From: Candidatus Dormiibacterota bacterium
Lineage (GTDB): Bacteria > Chloroflexota > Dormibacteria > Aeolococcales > Aeolococcaceae
Direction: 5' to 3'
Assembly (NCBI GenBank): GCA_963756075.1
Contig: CAVWMH010000002.1
Location: 583,422-647,421, forward strand
DNA length: 64,000 nucleotides
Position 1 is the stretch's first letter; the number at the start of each line of letters is the position of its first letter. Shown one piece after another: positions 59,378-64,000 of this stretch. A program made the translations under genes and the position numbers. The notes under the pieces are model-generated. The model was not told where the DNA came from, did no database searches, and saw only the letters and a list, made by a program, of their open reading frames with translations.

Positions 59378-60370
59378 GTGCGAAACCGTCACCCGCGGGA
59401 TATCCACTCGTTCGAGCCGGTGCTAGCATGCGCCTGGGTGAGGAGCGCATCGGATCCGGCCGACGACGAATCGACACCGGGTGGGAGCGAGGCAGCGGTC
59501 GCGCACGAGGGTACAGTCGCGACCGACTACGGCGCCGACTACTACGGTCACTATGCCGCGGCCGGTGTCAGCTACGAACGAAACGCGTTCTGGCTCGACT
59601 TCTTTCGCAAGATCGCCGACCGCCTGATCGAGGATTTCCATCCCAAGACAGTGCTCGACGCGGGGTGCGCCATCGGGCTGCTTGTCGAAGCCTTGCGTGA
59701 CCGCGGCGTCGAGGCCGAGGGCATCGACTTCAGCGAATTCGCGATCAACCACTCCCGCGAGGACATCCGCCGGTATCTGACGGTCGGATCGATCACCGAG
59801 CCGCTGACCAAGCGCTACGACGTCATCACCTGCTTCGAAGTCGTCGAGCACATGCCACGCGAGGACGCCGACCAGGCCATCGCCAATCTCTGTTCCTTCA
59901 CCGACGAGATCATCCTCACGTCGACGCCGGAGCACTACCGCGATCCCACGCACACCAACATCCATCCGCAGGAGTACTGGACCGAGCGTTTCGCGCGCCA
60001 CGGGTTCATCCGCGACGTGGACTATGACGGCGCGTACATCGCGCCCTGGGCCGCGCGCTACCGGCGTTCGTCCGCCCCGATCCACCGTGTCGTCGCCGAC
60101 TACGACCGCGCGTACTCGCGGATGCTCCACGAGTTGCAGGAGCGCAATGCGGTGGTCGTCGACCAGATGCGCGAGCTCACCGAGCAGCAGGCCCGCCTCG
60201 ACGCACTGGAGGGCAGGATGGTCTGGAGCGAGCGACGTTCAGTGCGCATGGCGCTCCGGGTGGACGGTGCCGTCGTGAAGGCCGCTCCGCCGGGATCGTC
60301 CAGGCGGCGCTTTCTGCAGTCGGCGATCCGAATCCTCGATCGCTTCACCAGGCGTCCGCCGGCGTCCTGA
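59378..60370 (+). CDS. class I SAM-dependent methyltransferase with a C-terminal coiled-coil-like extension
   Basis: Motif I VLDAGCAIGLLVEAL; ...DVITCFEVVEHMP...; C-terminal ...YSRMLHELQERNAVVVDQMRELTEQQARLDALEGRM.... The start is uncertain (GTG 59378 or 59438). Confidence 0.8.
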   Translation: MRNRHPRDIHSFEPVLACAWVRSASDPADDESTPGGSEAAVAHEGTVATDYGADYYGHYAAAGVSYERNAFWLDFFRKIADRLIEDFHPKTVLDAGCAIGLLVEALRDRGVEAEGIDFSEFAINHSREDIRRYLTVGSITEPLTKRYDVITCFEVVEHMPREDADQAIANLCSFTDEIILTSTPEHYRDPTHTNIHPQEYWTERFARHGFIRDVDYDGAYIAPWAARYRRSSAPIHRVVADYDRAYSRMLHELQERNAVVVDQMRELTEQQARLDALEGRMVWSERRSVRMALRVDGAVVKAAPPGSSRRRFLQSAIRILDRFTRRPPAS

Positions 60371-60417
60371 CCGGTGCCCGCCTCGGCGGGGCGCCACCAC
60401 AACCGTAGGATCGGGCG

Positions 60418-61257
60418 GTGCCCGACCCCACCTCGTTGCCGGCGCTTGCTCCCATCGCGACCGTTGTCGTCCTGCTCGAGGTGGCAGCCGGAACCACCGT
60501 CGCGGCGTATGCGGTGGACCTGGTCGGCAAGGTGGGACGCGGGTTCGTTGGCACGACGTCGCTCATCTGTGCCGGTGTCATGGCCCTCGATCTCCTGCTC
60601 GAGGCGCTGTTGCCATCCGGCACAGCGCTGCTCGGCGCGCCGCTGCCGCCAGGCGCCCAGGCATCGCTCTTCCACTGGTCGATCGCGTTCACCGTCGCGC
60701 TGCTTGCGTACGCCTTCTTCTGCGCGGTGATGACCGACGTCGCGCGCCGCGGCGTCGGAGTCATCGCCATCGGGTTCGGCGCCATGGCGATCGCGAAGGC
60801 CGCTGCCGCGTTCGGCCCCTCGCTCGGGGGCGTGGGGACGGCGGTCATCGCCTTTGTCCCTGCCGCGCTGGTCTCCGGCAGCGCACTTGCGGGGATGCTG
60901 CTCGGCCACTGGTACCTGGTGGCACCCAACCTGTCGTTCCGTCCACTTCGCCGCGCGATCGACATCGTGTTCATCGCCGTGGCGCTCCAGGCTGCCGTGA
61001 TCGTGCTGGTGATCCTGACCTCGGCTTCGACGGTTCGAAGCGAGCTGCTGTGGTCGGGCGACGCGGTGCCGTTCTGGTTGTTGGTTGTGGGGTCGGGGAT
61101 CGTCTTCACCACCGGCGTTGCCCTCCTGACGCGACACTTCGCGCGGATCCGCGCCAATCAGCCGGCCACGGCGATGCTCTACGTACTGATCATCAGCGTG
61201 GTGATGGGGGTCGTCCCGGCGCACCTGCTCTTCTTCGTGACCGGCGCGCCGATCTGA
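60418..61257 (+). CDS. hypothetical polytopic membrane protein (about 8 TM)
   Basis: 279 aa, uniformly hydrophobic, high third-position GC. No family recognised. Confidence 0.55.
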   Translation: MPDPTSLPALAPIATVVVLLEVAAGTTVAAYAVDLVGKVGRGFVGTTSLICAGVMALDLLLEALLPSGTALLGAPLPPGAQASLFHWSIAFTVALLAYAFFCAVMTDVARRGVGVIAIGFGAMAIAKAAAAFGPSLGGVGTAVIAFVPAALVSGSALAGMLLGHWYLVAPNLSFRPLRRAIDIVFIAVALQAAVIVLVILTSASTVRSELLWSGDAVPFWLLVVGSGIVFTTGVALLTRHFARIRANQPATAMLYVLIISVVMGVVPAHLLFFVTGAPI

Positions 61258-61272
61258 TCGGATGTCTGGTGC

Positions 61273-62541
61273 TTACCCGGTGGTCTGGCGCAGGGCGCTG
61301 TTCGACGGGACGTCCTCGTCCTGTCCCACCTGCCAGCGGCCGTGCATCTCCAGCATCCCGACATGGCCGCCCATGTTGTTGATGTGAAAGTTCGCGGCGG
61401 GGTCCGCATGGTCGTAGGAGTGCGAGCCGGTCGACGTCATCGAGCGGCGACCTGGACGATGTACCCGCCCGCCAGAAGGGGGAGCGAATCGATGGCGTAG
61501 CGGACGGAGATCACCTCGCCCGGCGAGACAGCTCGAAACGTGACGTGGTCGATGAAGGTGTTGGTGCCTGACAGCAGCAGACCATCCGCACGGCGGATCG
61601 CCATCCCGCAGACGAACTCGCCGACGTCGCGATGCACGAGCAATCTGCATCTCGAGAGTCATCGGGCCACCGGTATCGAAGCGATGACTGTGCTCGCCGT
61701 TGGCGTCGATCAAACTGACGGAGGCGAATTCGATCGCTCGCGATCCCCACTGGCTTGGATCACCACGATCCAGCCCTGTAGGCGTATCCCGCTCGGCCGC
61801 CAGCGCATGTTCGGCGATCATCCGATGGTACGCAGACGTGACCTCGACCGCGGGGCCGTCCGCGATCATCTCTCCGCGATTGAGCAGGATCACCCTGTCG
61901 CAGTACTCCTCCAGTGAACCGAGATCGTGGCTCACCAGCACGATGGTCTTTCCCTCGCGCTTGTATCTGCTGAAGGTATCGAAGCACTTCTCCTGGAAGC
62001 TCGCGTCGCCGACCGCGAGCACCTCGTCCATGACCAGCAGGTCTGTCTGCGCGAGGATAGCCACGCTGAACGCGAGGCGGACGTGCATCCCGGAGGAGAA
62101 GTTCTTGAGCTTCTGCTCCGCGAAGTCCTCCAGCTCGGCGAATGCGAACACCTCATCGACCTTGTCTCGCAGCTGCGCTCGGGTGAGGCCGAGCATCGCT
62201 CCACCCAGGAAGATGTTCTCGCGCGCGGTGAGCTCAGGGTTGAAGCCGACGCCGAGCTCGAGGAAGGCTGAGAACTCCCCATTGATGCGCGCGTATCCTC
62301 CATCGGCTTCGTAGATTCGGCAGAGTATCTTCAGCAACGTGCTCTTTCCGCAACCGTTGGGTCCCGCGATGCCCAGGAACTGACCGCGGGGAATGTCGAA
62401 TGAGATGTCTCGCAGCGCGATGAGGTCGCGATAGCGAGATGCGCTACGCCAATGGGTAACCCGATATTTCAGCGTGGTGCTCCTGTCGAGAGGCAGGCGA
62501 AATCGCTTGCGAAGATGGGAGACTTCGACGACTGGCGTCAC
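61273..62541 (-). pseudogene. wzt: polysaccharide/O-antigen ABC exporter ATP-binding protein with C-terminal carbohydrate-binding-type domain; two frame breaks (about 61641-61650 and about 61437-61455)
   Basis: The NBD is intact (GPNGCGKSTLLK, FSSGMHVRLAF, LLVMDEVLAVGD). The C-terminal domain reads ...GGPMTLEMQI in frame A, then LVHRDVGEFVCGMAIRRADGLLLSGTNTF...LLAGGYIVQVAAR* in frame +1, then returns to frame A for ...SHSYDHADPAANFHINN...HGRWQVG.... Confidence 0.82.
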
Positions 62542-63389
62542 AGCAACTCCGCGAACCGTGGCGTGAGCTTATGGAAGACGGAGAATCCCACGAGGAAGAC
62601 GGCAACGCTGATCAGGATGGGGACGATCGCGAGTGGTCCGATAAGTGCGGCCATCGACGGCAGCTTCGTGGGCGAGACCAGCACGTGGCGAAGATCAGTG
62701 ATGATCTGCGCGATTGGGTTCAGGCCTGCGATTTCTGCGAGCTTCTTGGAGAAGTCGGAAACGGTCTTGAAAGGGAAACACGACGGCGGAGCCGTAGAAG
62801 AGGACGAGCGAGAGGATCTCCCAGATGTGCCCGAGGTCTCTGAAGAACACAAACAATGCCGACAGGAGCATCGAGAGACCCAGCACCAGCACTATCAGCT
62901 CGAGGTAGTACAGCGGCGCGAGCAGGCTCAACCATGTGATATCGAGATCCCCCAGGGCAAAGGTGACGATGATCACGAGGACGGTGTTGATGGCGAAGGT
63001 CAGCAACGCGCTGGTGGTCGATGAAGCGACCAGGATCCAGCGTGGGAAGTACGCCTTGCGGATGAGGTCCCCGTTGCCGGCGATGGCGTTCATCGCTGTG
63101 GTCGTCGCCTCGGTGAAAAACGTCCATGCCACGATTGCGACCAGAAGCTGCACGGGGAAATCCCAGGTCGTTCTTCCCGGCACTCAGCAATGACTGAAGA
63201 CGAGGTACATGATCCCGAAGAGGATCAGCGGCTTGATCAGCGACCACACGTACCCCAGCGCTGAACCCGTGTACTTCAGCTTGAACTGGTGATCGAAAGC
63301 TCTCGGACGAGGTTGAGATTCCTCTGGAAGAGGCTTCTCGGCCGAGGGATCGCCTCGAGGGTGCTGCTGTCGTGGGCGGCGACGGTCAT
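62538..63389 (-). pseudogene. wzm: ABC-2 type polysaccharide exporter permease, disrupted by two frameshifts and one in-frame TGA
   Basis: The pieces are: MTVAAHDSSTLEAIPRPRSLFQRNLNLVREL (frame 1); FDHQFKLKYTGSALGYVWSLIKPLILFGIMYLVFSHC then TGA (63184-63186) then VPGRTTWDFPVQLLVAIVAWTFF...FYGSAVVFPF (frame 2); KTVSDFSKKLAEIAGLNPIAQIITDLRHVLV...* (frame 3). GTGA overlap with wzt. Confidence 0.75.
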
Positions 63390-64000
63390 GACGGTGCGAA
63401 CTCGCCGCAGGAACCCTCGCGGATTGAAGGTCAAGTGGTACTTCTCTCTCCCTCCGTCTACGACGAATTGGAGGTTGTCGGTGAGGAACACGGACACTGC
63501 CTCCATCGGTCCGGGTCCGAAGTCAGGCCCCACAGGGTGGTTATTGATGTTGGTGTCCTCGACGATGAGGTATGAGCCAGGCGTGACCATCCCGGCGTAC
63601 AGCGACAGTTCACGCTGGACGTGCGCTGCGCGGTGGTCCGAATCAAGGATCACGAGGACATTCCCGGTTGCCGGAAGCCTGGCGCGCACCTGCGCGATCA
63701 CGTCTGCGTCAACCGACGAGCCGAGAATGTAGGTGATGCGCGGATGAGCCGGTCGCCCGGGCTTCGACTCGACATCGATGGTGACGATCTCACCGGTTCC
63801 CAGCAGATCGCAGATCGACGCGAGGTAGTACGCACTGCCTCCGTGCGCTGTCCCGCATTCGACGATCAGCGCAGGACGCAACTCGTGCAGGATCTCTTGA
63901 TACACCCAGAGATCGAGTGGACACTTCCACGCGGGCACACCCAGCCAGCGGGTGTCGAGCCAGGTCCCGGGATCGTTGTAGTACAGCCGGTGAAACTGGT
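63276..64000 (-). CDS. CmcI/cephalosporin-hydroxylase-family (rhamnosyl O-methyltransferase-like) methyltransferase; 5' end outside the window, 3' end runs in-frame into the wzm start
   Basis: The frame is open to the window edge: ...FHRLYYNDPGTWLDTRWLGVPAWKCPLDLWVYQEILHELRPALIVECGTAHGGSAYYLA...LIVEDTNIN...TFNPRGFLRRV. Homology ends near 63400, but the first stop in this frame is at 63276. Confidence 0.75.
   Translation of the reverse strand, partial: QFHRLYYNDPGTWLDTRWLGVPAWKCPLDLWVYQEILHELRPALIVECGTAHGGSAYYLASICDLLGTGEIVTIDVESKPGRPAHPRITYILGSSVDADVIAQVRARLPATGNVLVILDSDHRAAHVQRELSLYAGMVTPGSYLIVEDTNINNHPVGPDFGPGPMEAVSVFLTDNLQFVVDGGREKYHLTFNPRGFLRRVRTVMTVAAHDSSTLEAIPRPRSLFQRNLNLVRELSITSSS

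Overview
High-GC bacterial chromosomal window with Actinomycetota-like content (two LCP proteins, split methylmalonyl-CoA mutase, PyrK/PyrD-B, many 1-14 nt ATGA/GTGA overlaps); the taxon is an inference. I support about 58 protein genes and one tRNA-Lys. I see no rRNA, CRISPR array, transposase, integrase or phage genes. Layout: (1) 1-19.2 kb is central and acyl-CoA metabolism: pccB fragment, AI-2E transporter, aldo/keto reductase, sucCD, an XRE regulator plus membrane pair, three acyl-CoA dehydrogenases plus a thiolase, a quinone oxidoreductase, LCP-pfk-beta-propeller-LCP, and meaB plus the mutase catalytic subunit. (2) 19.2-26.6 kb is a phosphate/polyphosphate module: OmpR-type regulator, ppx, phoU, ppk, CYTH-CHAD and a SixA-like phosphatase. 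(3) 27.7-37.0 kb is a pyrimidine operon: pyrB-pyrR-pyrC-carA/carB-pyrK-pyrD. (4) 37-45.8 kb holds amt, a GGDEF-EAL membrane protein, GNAT, nfuA-like, ATP-grasp, tRNA-Lys, plsC and an acidic/basic protein. (5) 45.8-64 kb is a cell-envelope glycan region: GT2 and GT4 transferases, DegT aminotransferase, Gfo/Idh/MocA oxidoreductase, flippase, methyltransferases and a Wzm/Wzt ABC exporter, interleaved with apt, ahcY, an M16 peptidase, gdh, a rhodanese and a second aldo/keto reductase. Two things stand out. First, two ~125-nt nested palindromic elements sit exactly at subunit-gene junctions (sucC|sucD and carA|carB). In the second case there is no stop codon, so carA and carB read as one 1,550-codon ORF. 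Second, there is a high density of ORF-disrupting lesions: at least 10 frameshifts and 2 in-frame TGA codons, none before 17.4 kb and 5 of them within the 2.1-kb wzm/wzt locus. I cannot tell from sequence alone whether these are assembly errors or real gene decay. I did not find a convincing novel multi-gene defence or mobile system. The candidates worth follow-up are listed with what would refute them.
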